From Planctomycetota bacterium (lineage in GTDB: Bacteria; Planctomycetota; Phycisphaerae; UBA1845; UTPLA1), in contig JAATGM010000055.1 in assembly GCA_015654675.1 (NCBI GenBank), positions 78,305-142,304 on the forward strand: a stretch of DNA of 64,000 bases. The letters are read 5' to 3'. The notes beneath the pieces are model-generated. The model was given only the letters and a program-made list of their open reading frames with translations, searched no databases and was not told the origin of the DNA. This document shows, piece by piece, positions 1-9,802 of the stretch. Position numbers and translations under genes: made by a program. Numbering within the stretch: the stretch's first letter is position 1; each line of letters begins with the position of its first letter.

Positions 1-1215
1 GACCTGCAGGGGCCGAAGATTCGGGTTGGGCCGTTAGCGCCGCCGGGGGAAGTGCGGCTGGTGGTTGGGGCGGTTGTTTCGCTGGCGCCGGTAGCGGAAT
101 ACAGCGGGCAGGCGGACTGCGTGCCGATTGACTATCCGCACCTGGCCGAAGAGGCGACGCCTGATATGCAAGTGCTGCTGGCGGACGGGGCGTTTGAACT
201 GCGCGTTGTGCGAATCGTCGGGAACAGCGTCGAGTGTCGTGTTGTGCGGGGCGGGGCGGTGGGCAGCCGGAAGGGTGTGAACGTGCCGGCGTTGCGGACG
301 CGGTTGCCTTCTCTGACGCCGAAGGATGAGGCGGATCTCGCGTTCGGGTTGGAGCAGGGCGTCGATGTTGTTTCGCTGAGCTTTGTGCGGAGCGCGGAGG
401 ATGTGCGGGCGTTGAAGCGGTTGCTGGCGGCGAAGGGCGTTTCGAAGCCGGTGGTGGCGAAGATTGAGAAGCCGCAGGCGATCGAGCACCTGGACGAAAT
501 CGTGAGCGAGGCGGACGTGGTGATGGTGGCGCGGGGGGACCTGGGGGTTGAGATCAGCCCGGAGAAGGTGCCGCTGCTGCAGAAGCGGATCATCGAGGCG
601 TGCAATCGGCGCGGCAAGCCGGTGATCACGGCGACGCAGATGCTGGAGAGCATGATCCGCGAGGCGCGGCCGACGCGGGCCGAGGCGGCGGATGTGGCGA
701 ACGCGATCATCGATGGGACGGACGCGGTGATGCTGTCGGGGGAGACGGCGGTGGGGGCGCATCCGGTTTTGGCGGTCGAGATGATGGCGCGGATCGCGCT
801 GGAGGTGGAGGCGGGGATCGAGTTCAAGAGCTATCCGCCGGCAGAGCGAACTCCGGGGCATGCGTTGACGGAGGCGGTGCGGACGATTGAGAAGATCATC
901 AAGCCGCAGTGCATCGTTGTGTTCACGGTGAGCGGAGTGACGGCGGCGCGGCTGGCGAGCGCGCGGCCGCGGTCAGCGGTGTTTGCCGTGACGACGGAGC
1001 GGTCGGTGTACCACGGATTGAACCTGGTGTGGGGGCTGCGGCCGCTGCTGATTGATGGGCAGGCGGAGACTTTTGAGGAGTTGTGCGGGTTGGCAGAGTC
1101 GACGCTGCGCGGGCGGGGGTTGGTTGATTCGGGGGATACGATTTTGATTGTGGGGGGGATTCCGGCGAAGAAGACTCGGGGGACGAATTTCATCAAGCTG
1201 CACGTGGTGGGGTGA
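1..1215 (+). CDS. pyk: pyruvate kinase, 5'-truncated by window edge (frame 1 is open from nt 1: DLQGPKIRVG...)
   Basis: Conserved PK blocks seen in translation: VAKIEKPQAIEHLDEI, MVARGDLGVEI, ITATQMLESM, AIIDGTDAVMLSGETAVG, plus the C-terminal allosteric domain. TGA stop at 1213-1215. Confidence 0.85.
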   Translation, partial: DLQGPKIRVGPLAPPGEVRLVVGAVVSLAPVAEYSGQADCVPIDYPHLAEEATPDMQVLLADGAFELRVVRIVGNSVECRVVRGGAVGSRKGVNVPALRTRLPSLTPKDEADLAFGLEQGVDVVSLSFVRSAEDVRALKRLLAAKGVSKPVVAKIEKPQAIEHLDEIVSEADVVMVARGDLGVEISPEKVPLLQKRIIEACNRRGKPVITATQMLESMIREARPTRAEAADVANAIIDGTDAVMLSGETAVGAHPVLAVEMMARIALEVEAGIEFKSYPPAERTPGHALTEAVRTIEKIIKPQCIVVFTVSGVTAARLASARPRSAVFAVTTERSVYHGLNLVWGLRPLLIDGQAETFEELCGLAESTLRGRGLVDSGDTILIVGGIPAKKTRGTNFIKLHVVG

Positions 1216-1241
1216 GGGGAGCGGAGCGCTTGTGGATGCGA

Positions 1242-2648
1242 TCAGTTTTGGCTTAGTTTCGCTTTTTTCTTTCTTGTGGGCGCTGGGAGGGGCTTGGAGA
1301 GATTGTTGAAGAGCCCCGATAAATCGTGGGGCGGCCAGTAGACATAATCGGTGTCGGGATTCGTTTCTCCATAGCGTCGATCGTGTACGCCGCCGTCATC
1401 CACTCCGTTTGAGCTGACGCTGTAGAGCAGCGGCTCTCCCTTCACAAGGCGGTAGACGAACGGTTTGTTTGACAGCGGGTCCTGACGGTAAGCATCGACC
1501 AATTCTTCTGGCAGATCATCGAGCGTTGCAGGCCATTTTTTGTGTTGCAATTTGTAGGTATGCATTGCCAGGAGCAGCCGAGTCGCGGCGCGAGAAGACC
1601 CGACGCGTAGCCGCAGGCCGTTGGCACGCGTGAGATCGGGCGCAAAACCTCTCAGAACCGGGTGGGTCTCGCGAAACTTCTGAGCGCTGTCGAGCTTTTT
1701 CTTTCGCGGCGCGTCGGTTGGCAGTCCTGCTCCTGCAAAAGCCTGCGCGAGCAGTTTGAAGTATTTCTCCAAATCCAGCGAGACCTGTTCGAGTGTCAGG
1801 CCGCTCTGCTGAAACATGGCATCGAAGACTTTGAGCACGGGATCTGAACGGATGCCGGGGTGCTCGATGGAGTATTGAAAGAAATCAAAGGATATTGCGC
1901 ATTCGCCCGGAAACGAAAATGCAGCATTCGCCAAGGGAACATCGCCCTTCAGAACGGAATTGAGTTCATCCAGTTGAGGTGAGTCGAAGACCGAGTAGTA
2001 CAGGGCGAATTGAATGTCTTCGTAAATGTTCGCGCGAATCGCCATTCCGACGAGTTGATCGAGCAGCATCGGTATTCGCTCGAGTTGTCGGACCGCGCCC
2101 AAACGGGCGCGAATGGATTCCAGAAACAATTTACGATCAACCTTGCCCTCCGGCGCACGCCAGGCCACGTCGGAGACCGCCTTCGAATAGAGGCGGAGCT
2201 GTGCCCGCATTGGATCTCGGAGGTACATCAACCGTGGACCGTTCTTGTCCGCGTCGTCTGTGAATGCGTTCGGTTGAAAGTAGTACGGTTTTTCAGAAGC
2301 GAGTTTGAACTTGCGGATGGCATCCTGCGTCCGTTGGAACGATGCTTCCCAGTCGGGATGGTCTTTAGGGTCCCAGGGGCCCAGCACGCTCGGTTTCTGA
2401 TCGATACGCGGGCCTGAGAACGTGAACTGCTCCGGTGGCTTGGCATCGGGGTCTTTAAGCGTTGGGAAGATTTCCTTGTAGATGGGGAAGGCGTCGTCTT
2501 CGGGTTTCATGCCGGCGCGGCGGATGTTGTCGTACCACTTAATGTAGTCAACATGTTTGCCTTCCTTCGGCAAGGGCGGCCATTTGACTGGGGCCTGGTC
2601 GGCAGTGAGAGCGAGAGACGAGAGTGCTATGGCGAGTGCGTGGATCAT
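1242..2648 (-). CDS. secreted hypothetical protein (N-terminal signal peptide MIHALAIALSSLALTA)
   Basis: 468-aa ORF with coding-like high GC3 and a hydrophobic N-terminus. I recognise no family. Confidence 0.5.
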   Translation of the reverse strand: MIHALAIALSSLALTADQAPVKWPPLPKEGKHVDYIKWYDNIRRAGMKPEDDAFPIYKEIFPTLKDPDAKPPEQFTFSGPRIDQKPSVLGPWDPKDHPDWEASFQRTQDAIRKFKLASEKPYYFQPNAFTDDADKNGPRLMYLRDPMRAQLRLYSKAVSDVAWRAPEGKVDRKLFLESIRARLGAVRQLERIPMLLDQLVGMAIRANIYEDIQFALYYSVFDSPQLDELNSVLKGDVPLANAAFSFPGECAISFDFFQYSIEHPGIRSDPVLKVFDAMFQQSGLTLEQVSLDLEKYFKLLAQAFAGAGLPTDAPRKKKLDSAQKFRETHPVLRGFAPDLTRANGLRLRVGSSRAATRLLLAMHTYKLQHKKWPATLDDLPEELVDAYRQDPLSNKPFVYRLVKGEPLLYSVSSNGVDDGGVHDRRYGETNPDTDYVYWPPHDLSGLFNNLSKPLPAPTRKKKAKLSQN

Positions 2649-2730
2649 CGCTTGATCGTAACCGCGCGGTGCGCGCTCAGAAATGGGAGCGCGATCGGCG
2701 GGTCGCGGAACTTCGCGGGGGCGCGGGCGA

Positions 2731-4272
2731 TCAGGTGGGCTTGCCGACGAGGGCCGCGGCCTTATGGCCGAAGATGGCGGAGAAGATGTCGGCGCCGCGG
2801 GCGTTTACGCGGCGGGTCAGCAGGAGGAGCACCGCGAGCACGACGCCGGCGATGAAGCCGCCAAGATGGGCCCAGTGGGCGACGCCGTCCTTCAGGCCCA
2901 GAGCGGTGTAGAAGACGTCGAAGGCAATATAGAACAGCACCACCCAGATGCCGCGCACGATGAACGCTTTGTAGTGAAGCCGAAATCCGGTCAGCAGTCC
3001 CAGGCGAATCCAGGCGGCCATGTGCACCTGATGAATCGGGAAGAAGACGAGATACATGCCGGCCAGGCCCATGACCGCACCGGAGGCACCGATCATGGGA
3101 TAGAGATGGGCGTTTCGGGAGGCGACCATCTGCGCGATACCGGCGGCGGCGGCCAGCACGGGATAGAGGATGGCGGTCCAGATGTTGCCGATCAGTGCGT
3201 TCACGCGCGAGCCGAGGATGAGGAGGAAGAGCATGTTGCCGGCGAGGTGAATCGGGCCTGAGTGCAGGAAGGCACAGGTGACGAGCTGATAGGGTTCGAA
3301 GCGCGGGGTGGTGGCTTGTTCTTCGCGGATGGCATTGTCGATTTCGCGAATGTCGTCGGCGGTGAGCTTTTTCCCATCAGAAAGTTCCTCGGTGGCGGCA
3401 GCAGTCAGTTGGGCCCGCAGCTCAGCGGCAGATTGGGGTTTGCCGGCCCAGAGTGCGAAGCGATCGAGCGCCGGTGATTCGCCCCCGCCGCGAATGACGA
3501 CGACCAGGAAAATGGCGCTGATGACGCATGTCAGAATGGCGAGTACGCGCGTTGTCCAGGGCTTTCGGGTGCCGAATGCCTCGGACGCGACGGGATAGAT
3601 TCCGATCGGGATGAAAAAACTGAGGAAGCGCACGACGCCTTCGGTCGTTTCGTAAACCTTGTCGAGATCGCCGGCGTCGGATGTAACGAGGCGGCGGCCG
3701 GTCTTGAGGTTGATGCCGCAGGCGACGCAGATCTTGGCGCCGGCTGGGAGAGTTTTCTTGCAGCCCGGACAGATGGGAGCGGGAGCGGCCGGATCGGCGG
3801 CGACGGGAGTGGCCAGGTCGTGGCCGCATTGGAGACAGATTGAAGCGTCGCCGCGGGCGAAGGCGCGGCAGTTCGGGCATTTGAGGGGACGCTTGATCGC
3901 TGGAGCGGGCGGCGTGGTTGGCGCGATGGGCGGAATCGCTTGGGGCGGCGCTGGACGTGCGGACTCGGCTTTCGAAGGAGTCGGTGGCGTTGAAGACGCG
4001 CGCGGCTCGATGACGGCTTTGCATTTCGGGCAGCGGGCGGTTCGGCCGATTGGAATGCGGATTCGAGCGCCGCACCTGCACTGGACCACTCGAGTGGCCG
4101 GCGCGGGGTCGGGTCTTGTCGGTGTGTCAGCGGTTGGCGCCTGGGCCGGGGCCCGGAGCGTCAGATGGCATTTGGGGCATCGGACGCTTCGGCCGGCGGC
4201 GTTTTCGGGGATGGCGAGTTTGGCGCCGCATTCGCAATGAAGAGTAAGGCGTTGGGGTGAGTGTTGGTGCAT
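2731..4272 (-). CDS. rhomboid-family intramembrane serine protease with N-terminal tandem zinc-ribbon modules
   Basis: The N-terminal 200 aa carry at least five CxxC...CxxC pairs (CPKC, CPNC, CPGC, CVAC). The C-terminal polytopic domain has the rhomboid GASGAVMG (GxSG) and AHLGGF (catalytic His) motifs. Confidence 0.75.
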   Translation of the reverse strand: MHQHSPQRLTLHCECGAKLAIPENAAGRSVRCPKCHLTLRAPAQAPTADTPTRPDPAPATRVVQCRCGARIRIPIGRTARCPKCKAVIEPRASSTPPTPSKAESARPAPPQAIPPIAPTTPPAPAIKRPLKCPNCRAFARGDASICLQCGHDLATPVAADPAAPAPICPGCKKTLPAGAKICVACGINLKTGRRLVTSDAGDLDKVYETTEGVVRFLSFFIPIGIYPVASEAFGTRKPWTTRVLAILTCVISAIFLVVVIRGGGESPALDRFALWAGKPQSAAELRAQLTAAATEELSDGKKLTADDIREIDNAIREEQATTPRFEPYQLVTCAFLHSGPIHLAGNMLFLLILGSRVNALIGNIWTAILYPVLAAAAGIAQMVASRNAHLYPMIGASGAVMGLAGMYLVFFPIHQVHMAAWIRLGLLTGFRLHYKAFIVRGIWVVLFYIAFDVFYTALGLKDGVAHWAHLGGFIAGVVLAVLLLLTRRVNARGADIFSAIFGHKAAALVGKPT

Positions 4273-4342
4273 GCCATGTTGATTCTACCAAATGGCGTTT
4301 GAAGTCCAGCGCGAACATTTGACGAAGTAGCGTGTTTGTTCG

Positions 4343-5893
4343 TCAGGGGCAGAGTGGGTTGGGGTCACTGGTACCGATAAGTTTGTCGATCATGGGGGAG
4401 ATGTCGGCGGCGGAGAGTGCGTTGTCGTTGGAGAGGTCGGCGCAGCGGCAGCCCGGGGTGGCGATGCTTCCCGTGAGGAGGCAGTTGGCGAAGGGTTGGA
4501 TGTCGTCGCCGTCGATCTGGTTGTTGCCGTTGGCGTCGCCGAGGCAGGTGACGCATTCGCATTCGTCGGGGACGAGGTTGGCGTTGATGTCCGGGCTGGA
4601 ACCGTCTGCAATGTCGCAGTTGTCGCGCTTGCTATTTGCGTTGCAGTCGGGGCCCTGGGGGGATGCAGCGACGATTTTTCGGATTTCGCCGGAGGTGATG
4701 CGGCAGATATAGAGTTCGCCGTATGCGTCCTCGCCGAAGGAGGAGAGCGTGCCGGTGCCGGCGTTGAGGGCAGCGGTGCGGTCGGTGTAGTTGGTCAGGC
4801 CGCCGCCGATCGTGTAACGGAAGGAATAAAACTTGTTAGTCCAGTCTCCGAAGATGTAGGTTCCGCCCAGTTCGGGGATGGCACAGCCGCGATAGACATA
4901 GCCGCCGATGATTGAGATGCCGACGGTGCGGGGGTAGTCGTGGATTGGCGGCGTGGGCGCGGTCGGCGGGGAACCGCACGAGAGGCCGGTGCTGAGCGTT
5001 CCTTCCCAGCAGCGCCAGCCGTAGAAGAGTCCGAGGGTGCCGTTGGCGGCAAATGAGACCTCTTCGCGCTGCACCTGGCCGACGTCGCCGATGTAGAGCT
5101 CGCCGGTGGCGCGATCGAAGCAGCAGCGCCAGGGGTTGCGCAGGCCGTAGTGGCAGATTTCGGCGGCTGCGCCAGGGGTTGCTAGAAATGGGTTGTCGGC
5201 GGGGATGACGTAGTTCTTGTTCGGGTCGGCGGGGAAGGCGTCGTCATCGGCGTTGCCGGGGATGTTGTCGGGGCCGTCGACGTCTAGGCGAAGAATTTTG
5301 CCTTTGAGGACGGTGAGGTCGGCGCCGGCGTTGGAGGGGTCGTTTTCTCCGCCGTCGCCGGTGGCGATGTAGAGGTAGCCGTCGCGGCCGAAGTCCATCC
5401 AGCCGGCCCGATGTTGTTTGAGGGTGTAGGTGAAAGTGAGGATGGTGGTTCGCGAGCTGAAGTCGGCGACGTCGGGATCGGCGGAGACGCGGCAACTGAT
5501 GATGACGGGTTGGGCGAGGTTGGAGTTGCCGGCGGTGTAATAGAGATAGAAGGTGCCGTTTGATGCGTAGTTGGGGTGGAAGGCCATGCCGAGCAGGCCG
5601 TATTCGAGGTATGTCTCGGAGCCGCCCATGAGGGATTGTACGTCGATGAACGGGGTTGAGAGAACGGTGCCATTCTTCAGGATTTTTACCTTGCCGTTTT
5701 CCTCGACGATGAAAAGGCGCTGATAGTCGCCGGGGGCGTGGGTGACAAAGAGGGGCTTTGTGAGGCCGGAGGCGACGGAGACGGTGGTGAGGGTGGGTTC
5801 GGAGGCAGCGGCGGTGGATGCTCCCAGGAGGTGGGCGCTTATGGCCAGGAGGAAGGTTTGGCGCTGATGGTTCATCTGCCTACTCCCACGCAT
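4343..5893 (-). CDS. PQQ-dependent glucose/sorbosone dehydrogenase-family beta-propeller enzyme with C-terminal dockerin-like module
   Basis: Motifs GLLGMAFHPNYASNGTFYLYYT, GDGGENDP and ICHYGLRNPWRCCFD are typical of the soluble glucose/sorbosone dehydrogenase fold. Signal peptide present; an alternative start M7 lies at 5875. The C-terminus (DANGNNQIDGDDIQPFANCLL...ADLSNDNALSAADISPMIDKLIG) looks like a dockerin/EF-hand pair. Confidence 0.7.
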   Translation of the reverse strand: MRGSRQMNHQRQTFLLAISAHLLGASTAAASEPTLTTVSVASGLTKPLFVTHAPGDYQRLFIVEENGKVKILKNGTVLSTPFIDVQSLMGGSETYLEYGLLGMAFHPNYASNGTFYLYYTAGNSNLAQPVIISCRVSADPDVADFSSRTTILTFTYTLKQHRAGWMDFGRDGYLYIATGDGGENDPSNAGADLTVLKGKILRLDVDGPDNIPGNADDDAFPADPNKNYVIPADNPFLATPGAAAEICHYGLRNPWRCCFDRATGELYIGDVGQVQREEVSFAANGTLGLFYGWRCWEGTLSTGLSCGSPPTAPTPPIHDYPRTVGISIIGGYVYRGCAIPELGGTYIFGDWTNKFYSFRYTIGGGLTNYTDRTAALNAGTGTLSSFGEDAYGELYICRITSGEIRKIVAASPQGPDCNANSKRDNCDIADGSSPDINANLVPDECECVTCLGDANGNNQIDGDDIQPFANCLLTGSIATPGCRCADLSNDNALSAADISPMIDKLIGTSDPNPLCP

Positions 5894-5944
5894 TGGATTA
5901 CCCCAGTCGATGTTGTTGATGCTACAGAATGCGGGCGTTTCGAG

Positions 5945-7504
5945 TCAATGCTGGACGTGTGCCGGGAGGGGGTGAGAGAAGATGGTGTGCGATTTCTTGA
6001 ACAAGTGGGAAGGCCAATAGAGCCAGCACGCGATGGCGAGGCCGATGGCTGTGAGTGTGACGAGGGTGGCTTTCAGGTTGATGACTTTACGGTCGAAGCG
6101 GTTTAGTTCGCTGGGGTGGTCGGCGAGATTGTGAACCAGGCGGCAGCGGGAGCTGATGCTGCCGTGTCGCCAGCTTGGGGCTTCGCGGGGAATACCGTTC
6201 AGTTCGGCGATTCGTTGCAGCGTTCCGCCGAAGACGTGGGCGGCGGCGAGGCAGAGGCCGGGGGCGAAGAGGCCGGCGTTGGCCTCGGGGTGGGCGTGAA
6301 TGACGCAGTCGGGGGTGCAACTGTCGATGTCGGCGGTGATGGCGCGGACGCCGAAGATGTCGGCCTGACGCTCGAAGCAGCGCGAGACCCAGCCGAAGCC
6401 GGCACCCCAGACGAGGAGGGTGGCCACCATGGCGATGAGTTGGAGGATACCGTCGCCGATGTTGGTGAAGCGGTTGAGGAGCTCGAGGATTCCGCCGACT
6501 ACGAGCATGCTGAGGACGGAAAAGACCACGAAGAATTGCAGGTGGTGGTGGCGGACGTGGCCTGCCTCGTGGCCGAAGACGGCTTCTATCTGGCGCGGGG
6601 ACATGGTTTCGATCAATCCGTCGGAGAGCAGGACGAAGCGAATCGGGGCGATGAAGCCCATGACGGCTGCGTTCACGATCAGGCCGTGACTGTCCCAGAC
6701 AAGAATTTCGCGGTACTTGAGGCCGACCCGTTTGCACTGGCGTTCGAGGCGATCGCGGAGGTCGCCGTTTTCGAGGCGGCGGGTGGCCCAGATATAGCGG
6801 ATGAAGAGCGGGGCGATGAAGAGGACGATCGAGACGGCGGAACCGACGAGCAGGTCGGCGGCATAAGGCAGGCGGGTGGCACGATTGACGTCGTAGCGGA
6901 TGCGGTCGATGTAGTGCTTGGCGAAGAGGACGACCAGCATCGGCGCCGCGATGATGGCGATGTGGTGGCGGAATTTGTAGGCGAGATAGACGCCGCGTGA
7001 CCAGACGGGGCGCGGGGCGGCACCATCCAGGACGCGCTGGTCGATGGCGGCCCGGCGGATGACGCGGTCGGCCGGGTAGAGGGCGAGCCATGCGGCGGTG
7101 AGTGATGCGAAGAAGGGGGCGAGGATGACGAGTTCGGCGGCGAGGGGCCAGCGATCGAGCCGCCAGACGGTTCGAACGAGGGGAAGCCACGGGGTGCAGA
7201 TCATGAGGAAGAGGGTGGTTACGGTGAGGAGGATGAGGAGGCCGAGGCCGGCACGGCTGTGGCGTTCATGGGTGCGGTCGAGGCCGGCGTGGGTGCCGTC
7301 GTTGGCGCGGATGATAAACTGATTGGCGATGATGGCGTACGCAGCGGAGAGGAGAACCTGGGCCGTGACGAGGATCAGGGTCATATTGATGGCATGAGCG
7401 GGGTTGGCGGCATTCAGTCGACCGAGCGGGAAGAGGTTTAGCTCGCGCGGGGGGAGGCCGTCGGCGAGGAGGAGGGCGAAGACGATGATGACGACGAAGT
7501 ACAT
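5945..7504 (-). CDS. M48-family membrane zinc metallopeptidase (HtpX/Ste24-like)
   Basis: Polytopic membrane protein with an HEAGHVRHHH (HExxH) zincin motif in a cytoplasmic loop, as in the M48 topology. Confidence 0.75.
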   Translation of the reverse strand: MYFVVIIVFALLLADGLPPRELNLFPLGRLNAANPAHAINMTLILVTAQVLLSAAYAIIANQFIIRANDGTHAGLDRTHERHSRAGLGLLILLTVTTLFLMICTPWLPLVRTVWRLDRWPLAAELVILAPFFASLTAAWLALYPADRVIRRAAIDQRVLDGAAPRPVWSRGVYLAYKFRHHIAIIAAPMLVVLFAKHYIDRIRYDVNRATRLPYAADLLVGSAVSIVLFIAPLFIRYIWATRRLENGDLRDRLERQCKRVGLKYREILVWDSHGLIVNAAVMGFIAPIRFVLLSDGLIETMSPRQIEAVFGHEAGHVRHHHLQFFVVFSVLSMLVVGGILELLNRFTNIGDGILQLIAMVATLLVWGAGFGWVSRCFERQADIFGVRAITADIDSCTPDCVIHAHPEANAGLFAPGLCLAAAHVFGGTLQRIAELNGIPREAPSWRHGSISSRCRLVHNLADHPSELNRFDRKVINLKATLVTLTAIGLAIACWLYWPSHLFKKSHTIFSHPLPAHVQH

Positions 7505-7707
7505 GGGGTGGGAGGGAGTCCTAAGTTTCGCTGGTCGCTGGCCTTGTCGGGCATTCTAGACGCTGGTTGGGGGCACACCAAGACGGTATGCTGATTATCG
7601 GTCAGGCAATAAAGCGGCGTCGTGCCGCGTTGTTCGAAGTAGAGCGAAGGCGAGGCGGCGCGGGACGGTGAGCTTTCCGCGCGAGCATGCTTGCCGAGGA
7701 GTAATTC

Positions 7708-8622
7708 ATGTTTAGCCGTTGTCGTCGGGTGGTTGCATTGTCGGCCTGGGTGGGGATTCTGAGTATTTCATCGATTGCGATGGCCGATCCACCGTCGCCG
7801 CCACCGGGTGATGGTCCTCCGCCGGGTGGCGAGGGGCCGGGGAACGGCATGGGCGGCGGGATGGGCCGGCGAATGATGCGGCGCGGGCCGTCGTGGATGA
7901 TGCCCGGCGCGATCGAGCAACTGCTGGACTCGCTGAAGCTGGACGACGCGCAGCGGAAGACGATCGACGGCAAGGTGGCGGAGCTGCGCGAGCAGAGTCG
8001 CGAGAAGATGCGGGCGTCGCGGATGTCTCCCGAGCAGATGACGAAGATGCGCGAGATGCAGGAGCAGATGCGCGCGGCGCGGGATAGCCAGGACACGGCG
8101 AAGATGGAGGAACTGCGCGGCGAAATGCAGAAGATGATGTCGGCGCAGCGCGAGGCGAACGAGCAGGCCGAGCAACAGTTTCACGACGCGATCAAGGCCG
8201 AGCTGAAGCCGGACCAGGTCGAGGCGTTTGAAAAGAAGTGGAGCGAAGGGGCCGCGGCGGGGATGCGCGGGATGATGGGCGGGCGGGGCGGCAGCGTTCG
8301 CGATCTCCATCGAGCGGTGGGCGAATTGGATCTGCAGGCGGATCAGAAGACCAAGATCGAAGAGATTTTCACCGAGGCGCGGAAGTCGTCGCGGGCGACG
8401 CCGGGCGGCCCCGGTGGACCGGGTGGCGAGGGTCCGGGGGAGATGAAGGCGTTGCGGGAAAAGATTGACGCGGTTTTGACCGATCCGCAGAAGGCGGAGC
8501 TGGATAAGAAGATGGCCGAAATGGGCGGCCGGCGGCGTGGACCTGGCCGACGGCCGGGGCCTCCGGGCGGGCCGGGCGAGGATGGCATGCCGCCACCGCC
8601 GCCGGAACCAGAGAATCCGTAA
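7708..8622 (+). CDS. periplasmic LTXXQ-motif protein (Spy/CpxP family-like), Gly/Pro-rich termini
   Basis: Signal peptide. Repeated helical LxxxQ motifs (LDDAQRKTI, LKPDQVEAF, LTDPQKAEL) as in the CpxP/Spy/ZraP family. Charged coiled-coil-like body. TAA stop. Confidence 0.55.
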   Translation: MFSRCRRVVALSAWVGILSISSIAMADPPSPPPGDGPPPGGEGPGNGMGGGMGRRMMRRGPSWMMPGAIEQLLDSLKLDDAQRKTIDGKVAELREQSREKMRASRMSPEQMTKMREMQEQMRAARDSQDTAKMEELRGEMQKMMSAQREANEQAEQQFHDAIKAELKPDQVEAFEKKWSEGAAAGMRGMMGGRGGSVRDLHRAVGELDLQADQKTKIEEIFTEARKSSRATPGGPGGPGGEGPGEMKALREKIDAVLTDPQKAELDKKMAEMGGRRRGPGRRPGPPGGPGEDGMPPPPPEPENP

Positions 8623-8650
8623 GGAATATTGATCGCAAATAAGCTAGTCG

Positions 8651-8688
8651 GACCCCGGTCGCTTCGCGGCGATCGGGGTCTTTCTGTT
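8651..8688 (+). terminator. intrinsic terminator downstream of the LTXXQ gene
   Basis: GACCCCGGTCGC-ttcgcg-GCGATCGGGGTC, a 12-bp stem with one G-U pair, followed by TTTCTGTT. Confidence 0.6.
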
Positions 8689-8768
8689 CAGCGGAACCTG
8701 CTTGACCCGGGATAGGGACGTCGCCTAGTTTCCCAGTGCGACCGAATATCAGAATAAAGGAGCGACAG

Positions 8769-9506
8769 ATGCAACCGACGCGGCGGGAGATGTTGGGATC
8801 GTTGGGCGCTTTGGCGACGGCGGGCGGATGGATTGCGCTGAATGCGGGCGAGGCGGCTGCGCAGCCGGCCGGCGGCGCGCTGCCGGCGGCGAAGGAATAT
8901 GTGCTGCCCCCGCTGCCGTATGCCTACGACGCTCTGGAGCCGTACATCGACAAAGAAACGATGATGCTGCATCACGACAAGCACGAGGCGGCCTATGTGA
9001 AGGGGGTGAACGAGGCGATCGCGGGGCTTGCCGCGGCACGGCAGTCCGGGAAACCGGAGGACATTGCCAAGGTGCGGGCTCTGACGGATTCGCTGGCGTT
9101 CAACGGTTCGGGCGTGATCCTGCATGACATTTTCTGGCCGAACATGAAGAAGGGCGGCGGCGGGGAGCCGAAGGGCGACCTGGCCCGTTATGTGGCGCGC
9201 GATTTTGGGAGCTTTTCCGGGTTCCAGGCGCAGTTCAACGAGGCCGGGCTGAAGGTGCAGGGGAGCGGCTGGGCGATCCTGGCGTGGGAGCCGCTGGCGG
9301 CCCGGCTGGTGGTGCTAGGGGCCGAAAAGCACCAGAACGTGACCATGTGGGGATGTGTTCCGCTTTTGGTACTGGATGTCTGGGAGCACGCGTATTACTT
9401 GAAATATCAGAACAAGCGGGCGGATTATATTCAGGCGTTCGGCAAGGTCGTGAACTGGGACAACGTGGCCGAGCGACTGAACGGGGCAATGAAGCTGACG
9501 GCCTAG
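8769..9506 (+). CDS. Fe/Mn-family superoxide dismutase with twin-arginine (Tat) signal peptide
   Basis: AAGGAG SD 8 nt upstream of ATG 8769. RREMLGSLGALATAGG Tat motif. SOD signatures LPPLPYAYDALEPYIDKETMMLHHDKHEAAYV and DVWEHAYYL. TAG stop with a natural SOD C-terminus. Confidence 0.85.
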   Translation: MQPTRREMLGSLGALATAGGWIALNAGEAAAQPAGGALPAAKEYVLPPLPYAYDALEPYIDKETMMLHHDKHEAAYVKGVNEAIAGLAAARQSGKPEDIAKVRALTDSLAFNGSGVILHDIFWPNMKKGGGGEPKGDLARYVARDFGSFSGFQAQFNEAGLKVQGSGWAILAWEPLAARLVVLGAEKHQNVTMWGCVPLLVLDVWEHAYYLKYQNKRADYIQAFGKVVNWDNVAERLNGAMKLTA

Positions 9507-9726
9507 GCGGTCGAGCTACGGCGTATCCCTAATCAGTCGCGCGCGGATCTGGTAACGCAATCCGTGTGCCATTTCTGTATTAATATTTTGGCGCGTGGCC
9601 GCCAAACGGTTTCGTTCGTCCAAATAAGTGGTGGAAATCGCTTTGCGACGTGTTAAGGATTGCTTAAGATTAAACATGTGGCGGGTTCGGGTGGAAGTTC
9701 GGGGCGCGGTCGCGCGTATTGTTTCG

Positions 9727-9750
9727 AGGGCAGGTGAGCCCGTCTTTTTT
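9727..9750 (+). terminator. possible weak intrinsic terminator/attenuator between sod and the VTC gene
   Basis: GGGC-aggtga-GCCC (only 4 bp) followed by GTCTTTTTT. Confidence 0.3.
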
Positions 9751-9802
9751 CGCTTGAGCGACACGGATCGGCATTTGCAAATTCAATTCACAAGCCGGTA
9801 CA

